64,000 nucleotides of DNA from Rebecca billardiae RCC1528 (taxonomy: Eukaryota > Protista > Haptophyta), in contig OZ251227.1 of NCBI GenBank assembly GCA_965240325.2, positions 868,001 through 932,000 on the forward strand, read 5' to 3'. Each line of letters begins with the position of its first letter. Position 1 is the stretch's first letter. A model generated the notes under the pieces. The model was not told the origin of the DNA, did not search any database, and was given only the letters and a program-made list of their open reading frames with translations. Positions 1 through 16,915 of this stretch are shown piece by piece. A program made the translations under genes and the position numbers.

Positions 1-835
1 CGCCGCCGCGCGCGTCGGCGTCGGCGAGCGCCGCGGCCGTGTCCGCGAGGTCGCGCACGTACTCGGTCTCGAGGCCGTGCCGCGCGCGCGCCTCCCACCC
101 GTCCGCGCCCGCGTCGGTGAGCTCGCGCGCCGCGTCGGCCGCGCGCCCGGCCGCGAGCAGCGCTTGCACTAGCTCCTCGCACCGGCGCACATTGAGCACG
201 GCGGCGTCGCGGCCGGCGAAGGCCGAGGCGCGCGGCGGAGAGGAGCAGGGGCTGCGGCGCGACGCGCCGCCGCCCGTCCTCGCCGCCGGTGGCCTTCGGG
301 TGGCGCAGCGCTTTGGCGGCCTCGCCCGCCCACGTGCCAGCCCAGAAATCTGCGAGCGCGTGCGCGTCGGCCGCGCGGGCGTACCGTGCCGCCGCCGCCT
401 CGGCCACCTGATGAGGCGGTGGTACCAGCGCAAACAAAGGGCCGTCGCCGCCGGCGGCGAGCAGCGAGCCGAGCGCGTCGCGCACGGCGAGCCACACGGG
501 CAGCCGCACCACCGCCGGCACCCAGAACTCGAACACGGACGCCAGCACGTCCTCGTGCAGAGAGAGCGAGCCTCCTCCAGCTCGGCACTCGAGAGGCCGC
601 GGCGCGACGCGCAGATGGCGCCGCACGCGCGCCGCACGAGCATCGCGCCGTGCAGCCGCTCGACGCGCTCGAAGGTGGCGGCGACGGCGGCGCGCGCGTC
701 GGCGGGCAGGTGCGCGGGCGGCGGCTCGCCCGAGCGCCACTCCGCCGCCGCGTCAGCGAGCAGCACGGCGTGCAGCGCGCTCGGCGCCTCTCCGAGTGCC
801 GAGCGCACCGCCTCGGCCTGCCGCGCGTCGCACCT
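1..835 (-). pseudogene. NWD1/NWD2-like (NACHT- and WD-repeat protein) central region, frameshifted, 5' end missing, runs off left edge
   Basis: Manual minus-strand translation across frames gives TFERVERLHGAMLVRRACGAICASRRGLSSAELEE / LSLHEDVLASVFEFWVPAVVRLP / LRWYHR / LNVRRCEELVQAL, matching the post-NACHT region of NWD1-type proteins. At least two frame changes are needed, and composition shifts abruptly to AT-richer DNA at ~836. Confidence 0.55.
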
Positions 836-2387
836 GGGTATTTTTCGACCACTCTTGTCCCTAAGTGCGGCAGCTCAAAAAATGGCGTTTCGCTTCAAAG
901 AATAATCGAATAAACTGTGCCCTGGCGGGCGGGGGGGTCGGCGGGCCGTGCCAGTGCTGTCGCAATGTATCCTTTGCGGGTTCGCGTCTTTCCACATTAA
1001 AACATTCGCTCGTGGCCGTGGGTGACGGACAGTCGAGTGCAAGGACCAGTGACACGTGAAGTTGGCTCCCCGACGTGATGTACACACGTTTCACGGTCTG
1101 TACTCTTAGAGTATTGTATGCGCATCAGCGAGGCCCACACCCAAGAGGGAATGTGCAGCACGCGGGGCGGGGCGGGTAGCCCGTTGCTCCGCGCGAGCGC
1201 GGGTACGCGTTGTATGTGCCGCATATCGACCGCGATGGCGTAATCGAGCGCCTCGCCGCCGTGGGCTCGGCGCACGTCGCGTTGACGTCGTACACGGCCA
1301 CCACGCTGAGCACGAGCGCGTTGACGTTCACGCGGTCGTCGCTCTTCGCATCTTCGACAGGTCTGGCGCTCACGTGCTCGGCGGCACGAGGAGCTGTTGG
1401 TCGTGCGCGCGCGCGCGCACAGCGACAGCGTGTGCACTCGCGATCGAGAATGGGCAAGCGCTGCTCACGCGAGCACACGAATCGCAGCGCATCCGTCACC
1501 GGCGTGACGACTTCCGCCTCGTCCCGCAGCGCCTGCACCATGGACGAGGCCATGGCGCGGCGATGTTGCATGCTCGACGTTTCATCGCTCTGCGGATGGC
1601 ATCACGGGCTTGTCTGTGTCGCGCTGCGGCCAGGGTCGCCAACTCGCGATGACGCGGTTGCTACCACGGCGACAGACCCGGGAGGTGCGTCCGCTGCGCG
1701 TCGTACGCCGTTGGCGCTGCGCTTCCGCCGTCGCATTGGTCACCGTCGACGCCATGCAGGCCGGACGTGGGCTTCGGCTGAGGGACCGGACCGCTCGCGA
1801 GCAATGACTGAGTCCGGTGCGCGGATTCCGGCGATCGAGTTCAGAAGGCCGCGCCAAATCTTGCGTCGCGTGCGATGGCGCTTCCCGCCCGCGAGACGCC
1901 TCGTGATGAGGGCTTTCTCGCACCGAGCCCGACGCGCGACGGTGGATCGCGCGAGGCGGTCATCGTGCGCAGCGCATGATGCTATGGCCGGTGCGAGCTT
2001 TCGACGTGCACGTCGGGCGAGGATCGCCCCAGGTCGCGCGATCGTGTCGACGCGCCGAGCGTACCGCTCCAAACGTGTCGATTTAGCCCCCGTTCGACCT
2101 GCACGCGAGACGACGAGGGCAGCAAACGCGAATCAGGCGAAAACCCGTCTAGGGAATCCTCGCGCGATGTCCACGCCGGCGTTGGATTTGGCGCGCGCCG
2201 CCCATGCGCTCCGCGCCATGGGCAACCCTTTTTCGGCCGAGCGTCCCCAGTGGGAGCTGCGAGGGCGCCCGGTAGTGAGCGAAGCGATTTTCTTTTCTTG
2301 GCGAGGCGAGTTTCTTTTTCTTTTTCTTTTTCTTATCTTTTTCCCGGGCACTACAAGGGGCGGACCTACGGCCCGCCATACAAGAAT

Positions 2388-2945
2388 TGATTGCCACCCG
2401 CATTGACGTCGCGCATCCGAGTAAGCTAGAGTGACCAAGAGTATATCACTCAATATCAGCGTGGCGGGAACGCCGGTTCGGGCTACCCGCGCAATGACAT
2501 CTCGCGTGTATGAATCAAGGGTAATCAAGGGGCTTAAACCCGCCACTGAGAAGCTGACGGTTCATGACTTCATATGCCGGCATAATACTTTAATTCAAGC
2601 GACATAAAAGCCGACCCAACTTCTCTTTTCTATGGTTGGCAAGCTGTTTCTCACTTTCAGGCTCTTACAATTCAGGCATCTTACTATGACGGAATGTTCG
2701 AACACACGGCTGGTGTTATGTGCTATTCCACCCTGCATTCCCCTAAGTGTTACTATCGTTAAAATTAGCATCCACTACAAACGCAATCATTGGCAGCGAT
2801 ATCCATGCTCATACGCTAGGCCACCTACCGAAAAAAAACCAATAAAATCCTGCGCGCATCCTCTTTTTGATTTTGCGGAGCACGTGCGCCGCCCCCCCCG
2901 GCTTTCGCTCACGCTCAGACCTTTCGGGGGGGCCGTGCGCCATTA
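2388..2945. repeat. Dispersed repeat, same family as 60030-61670
   Basis: Shared blocks: GATTGCCACCCGCATTGACGTCG (2389 and 60467), CACTTTCAGGCTCTTACAATTCA (~2651 and ~61493), and the ~90-bp AAATCCTGCGCGCATCC...AGACCTTTCGGGGGGG (2845 and 60854). Confidence 0.8.
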
Positions 2946-3108
2946 TAAAATAATAAGCGCGATTAATTATTTCTTATTCATTTAAAAGTGAGTACTCATC
3001 AGAAGGCGCCGGTCAGCGGTCGTCTCGCCTCTCGGTATCATGCCATGTACAGTATATTGTTTGTCATCGCTACATCGTCTTCGAATCCGCCTGCGGCCGC
3101 TTGGCCTC

Positions 3109-4902
3109 CTAGTCCTGAGGTTCCTCATCGCCGCCGTCGTCGTCGCCCTTGCTGGGCTTGGAAGCGACCGATTCCTCCGGCGCCCCTGCCGTCGTCGTCG
3201 ACGACGTCGACACCGCTGCCGCCGTCGAACTGTCAGATGCGGCGCTGGCGCTGCGCGCAGCCGGCGGCTTTTCGCTGCCCAAAGGCACCACGGGTGGCAC
3301 GCCGTCCGCTAGGCTCTGGCCGGTTACCCTCTCCACCGTCGTGACGACCGTTTTGCGCGTGTCCTCCGGAATCGCCGCCACCTTCGCCGCTGTCTGCTCG
3401 ACGGCCGCCTTGGCGCGCAGGACCTTCTGCGTCGCCTCGTCAGCCGCCTTGCGCGCTCGATCGGGCACGCTGGCAATCGTGTCGATCGTGTCGGTGCCGG
3501 CCTGCTTTGTGCGCTCCGCAAGCTGCACGGCCCTGTCGCGCGCCTGCCTGGCCGTGTCGACCGTCGCATCCACCTTTGCCTTCACCTGCGCACGTGAGCG
3601 GCCGTGCGGCGCGCAGCAGCGGCGGAGGCGCGCCGGGAGATCAGTGGACGGCGGCGCGTCATGTCCGTTGCGCGCACGCGCTGCTGCGCTGCGCGCGCGC
3701 TGCGGTCCGCAGCGACTCACCGCATCCACCTTCTTCTGCACGCCCGCCTGCACGTCCTTCGGGACCTGCTGCACCTTTCGCACGTAGTACTTGGCCGCAA
3801 AGCCGATCGCGTCCAGGACGCCCACCTTGGCGGGCGGCGGCGGGGCTGGGGGCGCTGCGGGCGGCGGCACGGCAGGCTCCGCTGCGGCTGCGGACGGCGT
3901 CGCAGCCGGTGACGGCGAGGCGGCGACCGGCGGGGGAGAGGGAGGAGCCGAGGCGGCCTTCGCGCTTGCAGGCGTCGGCGTAGCCGTGGCCACCGGCTTG
4001 GCCGCCGGCTTGGCCGCGGGCGTGGGCGCCATCTTCAGCTCCACCTTGGGCGCCGGCTGCGCGGCTGCCTTGGGGGCTGCCTTGGCCGGCGTGTCAGGTG
4101 CCACCTTGGCGCGCGAGGCCGCTGGTGCCGCCGGCATGCCAACCTTCGGCAGGGGGATGGAGAAGGACGGGACCTTCGGCCCGGCAGGCTTGCCAGCCGG
4201 CTTGGCCGGCGCCTCGGGCGCCGCCTTGGCGCGCGGGGCCTCCGCAGGCTTTGGCATGCCCACCTTGGGCAGGGGGATGGCGAACGACGGCAGCTTGGGC
4301 CCGGCAGGCTTGCCAGCGGCTGGCGAGGCCTGTGTCTGCGCAGCGCCTGCCGGCTGTGCGGGCTTGGCTGGGCTCGGCTTTGGCGTCGGCGCCACGCGCG
4401 GGAGGGAGGGCTTGTCGCCGAAGAGGGTGTCGATCAGGGATGGCGAGCCCTTGGCCTTCGGCTTCGACGGCGCCTTCTTGCCAAAGCCCGGCGCTGCAGT
4501 CGGCGGCGTGGGCTTGGCCTTTGGCACAAACTGCGCCGCCGGAGGCTTGAGCGCCGCCGTGCTAAGCTTCGATGTCTTTGGCGGCGCCTTCTTTGCCGCT
4601 GCCTTCGGCCCGAACTTCGGAGTGGGCGGCTTCAGCGAACTCGAGCTCCCTGTGGACGCCTTCAGTGGCGCCTTCTTCGCCAACCCCTGCTTCTTCACCA
4701 TCCCCTGCTGCGACTGCCGCTTGCCCGACACGAAGGCCTGCTGCGACACGCGCGGGCCAAAGTTCCCCGCGTATCGCTCGGCCATCGTGACGAACTTGGG
4801 CGATGGCGAGGCGCAGACGCGGCTGAAGGCGGGGGCTGCGAAGGGCCTGTAGGCCCATGCGCCGCAAGCGAGCGCGATGACCGCGAGGATGCGTGACCAC
4901 AT
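3109..4902 (-). CDS. Hypothetical signal-peptide protein with a Pro/Ala/Lys-rich linker and a C-terminal amphipathic LEA-like helical region; one in-frame intron ~3586-3720
   Basis: Starts MWSRILAVIALACGAWAYRP (signal peptide, then a transit-peptide-like stretch). Contains an internal duplication of GKPAGPKxPSFxIPLPKVGMP. A 135-bp GT..AG intron removes an Arg-rich stretch between KKVDA and VKAKVD. Confidence 0.65.
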   Translation of the reverse strand: MWSRILAVIALACGAWAYRPFAAPAFSRVCASPSPKFVTMAERYAGNFGPRVSQQAFVSGKRQSQQGMVKKQGLAKKAPLKASTGSSSSLKPPTPKFGPKAAAKKAPPKTSKLSTAALKPPAAQFVPKAKPTPPTAAPGFGKKAPSKPKAKGSPSLIDTLFGDKPSLPRVAPTPKPSPAKPAQPAGAAQTQASPAAGKPAGPKLPSFAIPLPKVGMPKPAEAPRAKAAPEAPAKPAGKPAGPKVPSFSIPLPKVGMPAAPAASRAKVAPDTPAKAAPKAAAQPAPKVELKMAPTPAAKPAAKPVATATPTPASAKAASAPPSPPPVAASPSPAATPSAAAAEPAVPPPAAPPAPPPPAKVGVLDAIGFAAKYYVRKVQQVPKDVQAGVQKKVDAVSRCGPQRARSAAARARNGHDAPPSTDLPARLRRCCAPHGRSRAQVKAKVDATVDTARQARDRAVQLAERTKQAGTDTIDTIASVPDRARKAADEATQKVLRAKAAVEQTAAKVAAIPEDTRKTVVTTVERVTGQSLADGVPPVVPLGSEKPPAARSASAASDSSTAAAVSTSSTTTAGAPEESVASKPSKGDDDGGDEEPQD

Positions 4903-5108
4903 GACGTCGCGTCCGTGTCGAGAATCCGAGGTCGTCGGAGACGAGACCGCTACGTCTCGCGACGGAAATCTCGATCGCGAAGCCGGTGGAAGCTCCTGAA
5001 GCTCGAGTCCGGAGTCCGGCTTGGCAAGACTTGTAAGAGCTGGGCGCGCAGCCATGCTGATCTTGCGCTGAGCGACGGGCTGCTTCACCATCGACGCACG
5101 TCCCGTGA

Positions 5109-8330
<3,222 letters not shown>

Positions 8331-8447
8331 TTTCTGATAGTATTATTCCGGCTTATACTTATAATATTGTCGCATCAGACTACGGGACGACATAACACGA
8401 CAGTCACAGCAGATCGAAATAAGTCGCCGTGATGCTGCACTTCAGAC

Positions 8448-8502
8448 TAGATATATATGTATACTATTTATACGTATAGAGAGAGAGAGAGAGAGAGAGA
8501 GA
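8448..8502. repeat. Degenerate (TA)n/(GA)n microsatellite
   Basis: Seen directly. Confidence 0.85.
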
Positions 8503-8505
8503 TAA

Positions 8506-11291
<2,786 letters not shown>

Positions 11292-11686
11292 TTACCGCGA
11301 TTGTCGTGTAGACTGAGTGACTCAGTGCCACATCAGTAGACTGACTGACCGTGTACGCTGACTCTGTCATACTGCACGTTAAATCATAGTAAACTGTAGT
11401 CGTAGAGTTAGTCGCGTGCTGTTCAGCATTGTCAGCATGCTGCCTGAGGTCGACGATAATTATACCAGGACGATATGGGATACGGGCGGCGCAGTTTAGT
11501 CAGTCACTAGTCAGTGACTCATTCGGACCGTCAGTCCGAGACCAAGTCGGCGAGTACTCAGTCGGTGACCAGTACTGTCGCTGCGGCGCGCAGCGGTCGG
11601 CCCGCCCGGAGCCGCGCCACGGTGCCACCTCCCGTCCCACCGACAGGTGCGGGCGAGCGTCGAGTCTGCGCGCCAGCCCTTGGCGC

Positions 11687-12703
11687 TCATGGCTCCGCGC
11701 CGGGCTCGTCGAAGGGCTCTTCGTCCTCCTCGTCCATCTTTGGCCGTCCTGACGCCGAGCTGTCGTTCGAGACGGTCCCGCGCACGCGCAGGTGGTCGAT
11801 CAGCCAGATGTCGTCGTACAGGCCCAGCATGAAGTTGATCACGATCCACTGCCCGCTGGCCCCGCTCTTGAGCCGCAGCTCCTGGTACGCGCGCTTCCCC
11901 TCGTACGACGTGTCGAGCTTCTTCGAGTACATGACGTTCACCCAGTCGAGCAGGATGCGGTACTTGGAGTCCTTCACGTAGCTGCGTGCGCGGGGGGCGC
12001 AGAGGGGGGGAAGGGGGCGCGTGGGCGGGGCGCGCAGCGGGCGGCGCGGTGCAAGGCAAGACGCGCGCACGCCCGCGCGGGTGGCGGCGTCGCACCGGTA
12101 GAGCATCTCCTCGTTGATCTTCTTCTTGGAGGCGATGCACGCGTCCGAGGAGAACGTCTGCAGCACCTCGACGCCGTGGCCCTCGTGCGGGTAGTCCACG
12201 TCCTGCAGCGCGCGGAGGACGAGCTCGATCACCTCGCCGGGCGTCTGCCCCGCCGTCGGCTCCAGCTTCGTCGTGGAGTTGAACTGTTGCCGCCATTTGC
12301 TGAAGACGTTCTCCTCGACGTCGATGCGCTCCGAGAGCTTGTCGTACAGCACGCGGTCGACGAACTCTGGGCGGCGTTTGAGGTGGTCGTAGAGATCGCT
12401 GTTGAACTCGTCGAGGCCACTCGCGTCGCCATCCATCTCGCGTCGGCGGATCTCGTCTTTCAGCTGCTGCACCACCTCTGCGTCGCCGCCCGCGTCGGCG
12501 GCGTCGCCCTCGTCGCCCGCGTCCGACGCGCCTGGCTCAGAGTCGGGATCCGCGCCGTCAGGGGGCGCGCCGCTGCACATGGCCACGCGCCGCCAGCCGA
12601 ATGCGCTCTGGCGAGCGTGCACGACGCCCACGGGGCGGTGGGCGAGCCCCACGCACACCGCGATGCACGCGAGGGCGAGGGTGATGCGAAGAGTCGCCGC
12701 CAT
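11687..12703 (-). CDS. Signal-peptide (likely plastid-targeted) protein with a DUF4864/NTF2-like C-terminal domain; intron ~11982-12095
   Basis: MAATLRITLALACIAVCVG signal peptide; PGEVIELVLRALQDVDYPHEGHGVEVLQTFSS...FMLGLYDDIWLIDHL. A 114-bp GT..AG intron removes an Arg/Pro-rich insert. Family assignment is from motif memory only. Confidence 0.6.
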   Translation of the reverse strand: MAATLRITLALACIAVCVGLAHRPVGVVHARQSAFGWRRVAMCSGAPPDGADPDSEPGASDAGDEGDAADAGGDAEVVQQLKDEIRRREMDGDASGLDEFNSDLYDHLKRRPEFVDRVLYDKLSERIDVEENVFSKWRQQFNSTTKLEPTAGQTPGEVIELVLRALQDVDYPHEGHGVEVLQTFSSDACIASKKKINEEMLYRCDAATRAGVRASCLAPRRPLRAPPTRPLPPLCAPRARSYVKDSKYRILLDWVNVMYSKKLDTSYEGKRAYQELRLKSGASGQWIVINFMLGLYDDIWLIDHLRVRGTVSNDSSASGRPKMDEEDEEPFDEPGAEP

Positions 12704-12813
12704 CGGTTCACCGATCGGCCGCGCCCGACCTCCGTCGGCCGCGCGTGCGTCTGTAGCGTCACAGAAATGCTGCGACGATCCGCGGTGAGAAATGTTCCGG
12801 ACCGTCCTGGTGC

Positions 12814-13922
12814 CAAGGGAGTCAAGGGTGCCCGCGCCCCAGTGGCGCGCTCGGCGGATGTTGGGATACACCTTTTTGCCCGCGGCCCTGCGGCGGCGGC
12901 GGCGATGGCGTGCTCCGCTGGCGGGGCGAGCGCACGGGGCACGGCGCTGCGGGCGCGGATGTGCCCGCGAAGCCGGCGCGTGCGGACGGGCTGTTGCGGG
13001 AGAGTATCGGGCGCCCTCCTGCGACGCGCGACTTGCGCCACGCCTCTTTCGCCTCGGCTCAGAGCAGCGCGCACGCACGCGCCGCCTCAAGGCCAGCCTT
13101 GCCGCGCCGCAGCCGACCGCGCGCGCGCCGTGCGCGGCGTGGTCGGGAAGGAACGGGCGCTGCTGCCGGGCGAGGTGGCGACGTCATGGGCGCACGCCAT
13201 GCCGCCCCGCGGCGCCGCGAAAGAGCACGAGAACGGATCCGCACAGCTGTTGACGAGTGCTGATTTCTTGCCGTGCCTGAAGCCAGACCTGAGCTCGAAG
13301 AAGATGATGAAAGAGCATCAGCGCGAGGAAAGCGTCGCACCCAGCACTTCTACATGACCACGCGGTGATGAACATTCATGTAAGAGTAGCCCGCGTGCCC
13401 GTCTGGCACTGTTCTGTGTCTCAATGATCGTCCCGACAACGGTCACGACCGCGAGGCAGTGCACACCATTTGTGACAAGTCGAAAAGGCGTGCAAACGGA
13501 CCGACGACACTCTCGTCAAGGCGTGGCGGGGCGGCATGGCGTGCGCCTATGACGTCGCCATCTCGCCCGGCAGCAGCGCCCGTTCCTTCCCGACCACGCC
13601 GCGCACGGCGCGCGCGCGGTCGGCTGCGGCGCGGCAAGGCTGGCCTTGAGGCGGCGCGTGCGTGCGCGCTGCTCTGAGCCGAGGCGAAAGAGGCGTGGCG
13701 CAAGTCGCGCGGCGCAGGAGGGCGCCAGATGCTCTCCCACAACAGCCCGTCCGCACGCGCCGGCTTCGCGGGCACATCCGCGCCCGCAGCGCCGTGCCCC
13801 GTGCGCTCGCCCCGCCAGCGGAGCACGCCATCGCCGCCGCCGCCGCAGGGCCGCGGGCAAAAAGGTGTATCCCAACATCCGCCGAGCGCGCCACTGGGGC
13901 GCGGGCACCCTTGACTCCCTTG
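12814..13922. mobile_element. Foldback element with ~400-bp TIRs and a 7-bp TSD (P/Galileo-like, non-autonomous)
   Basis: Arms 12814-~13212 and ~13524-13922 are near-identical inverted repeats. Ends are CAAGGGAG...CTCCCTTG. CTGGTGC is duplicated at 12807-12813 and 13923-13929. Confidence 0.85.
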
Positions 13923-14112
13923 CTGGTGCGCAGGCACCGCAACTTCCCCGCCGCCGGCACTGCCCAGCCGTGAGCCCCTGCGGCTGAGCCCTTGGCTGGT
14001 ACTCTGGATCCGCCATCGCACTCGCTTCACTGGGGTTCGCCGGCCCGGGGCGGCGGCGGGCACGGCCGCACCGTGCAAAAGCAAGCAGGAGCAGGCTAAA
14101 CGGCGCCCTCCC

Positions 14113-15713
14113 ATGAAGCCTGCGAGTGAGCAGGCAGGCGCTCCGGCCGTGCCGGGCTGGAGCGGTCGGCTCATCCTGAACCTCTCCCTTTTCGCCTTGG
14201 CCTTTATGCTCGGCGTGGTCACGCTCTTTGTGCACGTCAACACGACCTCGGCGTTTGTGCGATCGTTTGCCGAGGCGCGCACTGCCACGGTGCCCCTCGG
14301 CCTGTTCTTCGCCTCCGCGACCCTCACGCCGTTCGGCCTCAACGTCTTCATGCAGCGATATGGCAAGAAAGCCGCGGCTCCGCTCGCCATCGGCGTCGGC
14401 TTCGCCGGCGCGATGACATGCTTTGCGGCCGCCGGGCTGCGCTCCCTTGGTCTGATTGTGTTCGGCTCGATGCTGCAGGGGGTGATGTTCGCGTACATCC
14501 TCTCGCTGCGCTTCGTCGCCGCGTCCATCTGCCCGCCGTCTGTCCGCCCGCGCGCCATGAGCTTCGTGATCGGCGCCGCTTGCGTCTCTGGCGTGATCGC
14601 TCGGGAGCTCTCCATCGTGGGCCGCGACTGGCTGCCCGTCCGCTTTGCCGGTGCGCGCGGCGGCAGGCAGCGCGCGCGTGGCTCGCTCGGCCAAAAAGCG
14701 CGGAAGCCAGCAAGTGCACCAACAGAGCTAGGGCACGCAACATGTGGGGGGAAGGTGGCGCAGAATCGCCCAATTCACTGGACATCGTCAGCTCACACAC
14801 CACCCGCGCCCCACACCTGTGCGCGCGCGCACAGGCTCATACATCATCCTGGCGATCATCTGCGGGCTGGCGCTCCTGTCGCTCGCCGTGGCGGATTACA
14901 CACCCGTCGCACCCCCGGCGGCGGCAGCTGGCGGCGGTGCAGCGCCTGCCGAGCTCACGCCGATGAGTCAGCTGGTCAAGCGGCCCCAGGTGCAGCGGCT
15001 GCCTCGCGCATGGCGCGCGCTCGTGTCGCCTGGCGCGCCCCAAGCCGCGCTCACTCGAGCGCGCGTGCGCCCTCGCGCGCCCTCCCCCGTGGGGCCAGTT
15101 CTACGTGGCGGCCGTGTCGACCGCGACCACGTACACGTCGATGGCCTCTCTGATGGCCGCCACGCCCGTGCGCATGCTGGCGCTCGGCTTCCCGCTGTCG
15201 GTGGGCGCGGAGGTTGTGCAGTACCACGTGCTCGCCATGTACCTGCCCTGCCTGGTCACGGGCGACCTGATCAGGCTGCTCGGTGCGCCGCTCATCATCT
15301 TCGTGGGTTACGGCCTGATGGTGCTGGGCATCCTCGTGTACACGTGGGGCGTGTCGTACGCAAACTACCTGATGGCGATGGTGCTCCTCGGCTTCGGGTG
15401 GAACTTCTGCTTCCTCGGCTCGACGGCGCTCCTCACGTCGTCGTTCACCGGCAAGGACACCCCGCGCGTGCAGGTGGTCACCGATGCCTTCGCGCTCGGC
15501 ATGCTCAGCGTCGGGATCACGACGGCCAGCATCATCTTTGAGGACGCGTCGTGGGAAGCGCTCGTCTACATCCATCTCGGGGTGACGTGCGTCGGCCTGC
15601 TCTTTGTGGCGTCGTACGTTGCGCAGCTGCTGGCCGCGAAGCTGGCGGCGAAGCGTGCGCCTGCTGGCGCCGATCACCCGGCATCGTCGTCAAACGAGAT
15701 GACTCAAGCCTAA
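14113..15713 (+). CDS. MFS transporter, similar to the bacterial RfnT-like family; exons ~14113-14650, 14835-14989, 15099-15713
   Basis: About 12 hydrophobic helices; motifs MQRYGKK, LRFVAA...RPRAMSFVIGA, VVQYHVLAMYLPCLVTGDLIRLLG and LLGFGWNFCFLGSTALL. GT..AG introns join the three ORF pieces in frame. Confidence 0.85.
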
Positions 15714-15990
15714 TAAGTAGCACGCGCCGCACTGTCAACGTGTGAGCAGCGTCGCCGCACATCAGTGTATTTTACAGTCGTATATATAGCCTGCCGGCCT
15801 ATGCTGCCTGCTGCTGGCCGTGCCAGTGCCGCGTCCGCGGACCGCCCGAGCCGGGGCGGACTTTTAAATCACTTAATTAATAATTCTAGTGAGACTAGGT
15901 CTGTCGGGAAGCGAGTGTGCTGTCTGCAGCGCGCACTACCGAAAAGCAAGGTAGTAAAGCCGCACGCGCGGCCGCGGGTATTCATCGCCC

Positions 15991-16882
15991 TCAGCCGGAG
16001 AGGCTCGCGAGGCTGGCGCGCGCCGACCGGATGGCGACGCCGACTCCAGACGCGAGCGCATCATTGACGACCTCGGCCACAATCTCGTTGGCGGTGAGCC
16101 GGTCAATGAGCCACGGCATCGCCGCGCCCGCCACGATCATGAGCGGCTCCTCGATGCTCAGCGTCTGCACCTCGGCGAGGCCCCAGCTCAGCACCATGTT
16201 GCGCGTGACCGTCGGCCCGAACGTGCGCGAGAAGATGACGGCGATCATGCCGAGCCCGGTGAAGATGGCCCACATGCACAGCCACGCGAGCGCGATGCGC
16301 ACGCGCAGCGGCGGCGTGAGCGCGCGCTTGCACGCCGCGGCGTGCTTGCGCCAGCCGTGCCGCCGGCGCTCCTCGCGCGCCGCCGCCTGCAGGCACATCT
16401 GGTCGTACCACTGCACGAGCTCGGCGAACGAGATCTCCTTGTCCTGGTCGCGGTCGAGCGAGGCGGCGAGCTTGCGCACGCGCGAGCGCGACATGTGGAA
16501 GCCGAGCTCGTGCAGCAGCGCGGTGAGCTCGGCGATGTCCATGTGGCCGCTGCCGTCCACGTCGAACTTGGCAAACTTGGCGCGGAGCAGGCGCACGACG
16601 GCCGGGGAGAGCGAGTGCGGCGGCAGCTGCTCCCGCGGCGCGAGCGTCTTGAGCCGCTCGTCGAGCGTGCCGGCCAGCTGCTGCTGCAGCGACAGCTCGG
16701 TCGGCTGCGGGCTGGCGGTGGGCAGCGGCAGCTTGGGCGCCGCAGCGTCGCCGGGCGCGGCGGCGGGTGGCGCCGCCGGCGTGATCGGCGGCGGCGCGGT
16801 GCCCGGCGCCGCCGACGGCCCGGGACGCGACGGGCGCGCGGAGGGGCGGCGCGGCGGCGGCGGGCCGCGCAGCGTGTCCCGA

Positions 16883-16915
<33 letters not shown>

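Noticed and set aside
1125-2406. Short ORFs as a possible transposase
   Set aside because: No recognisable catalytic motif, and no matching TIR pair found for the 836 junction.
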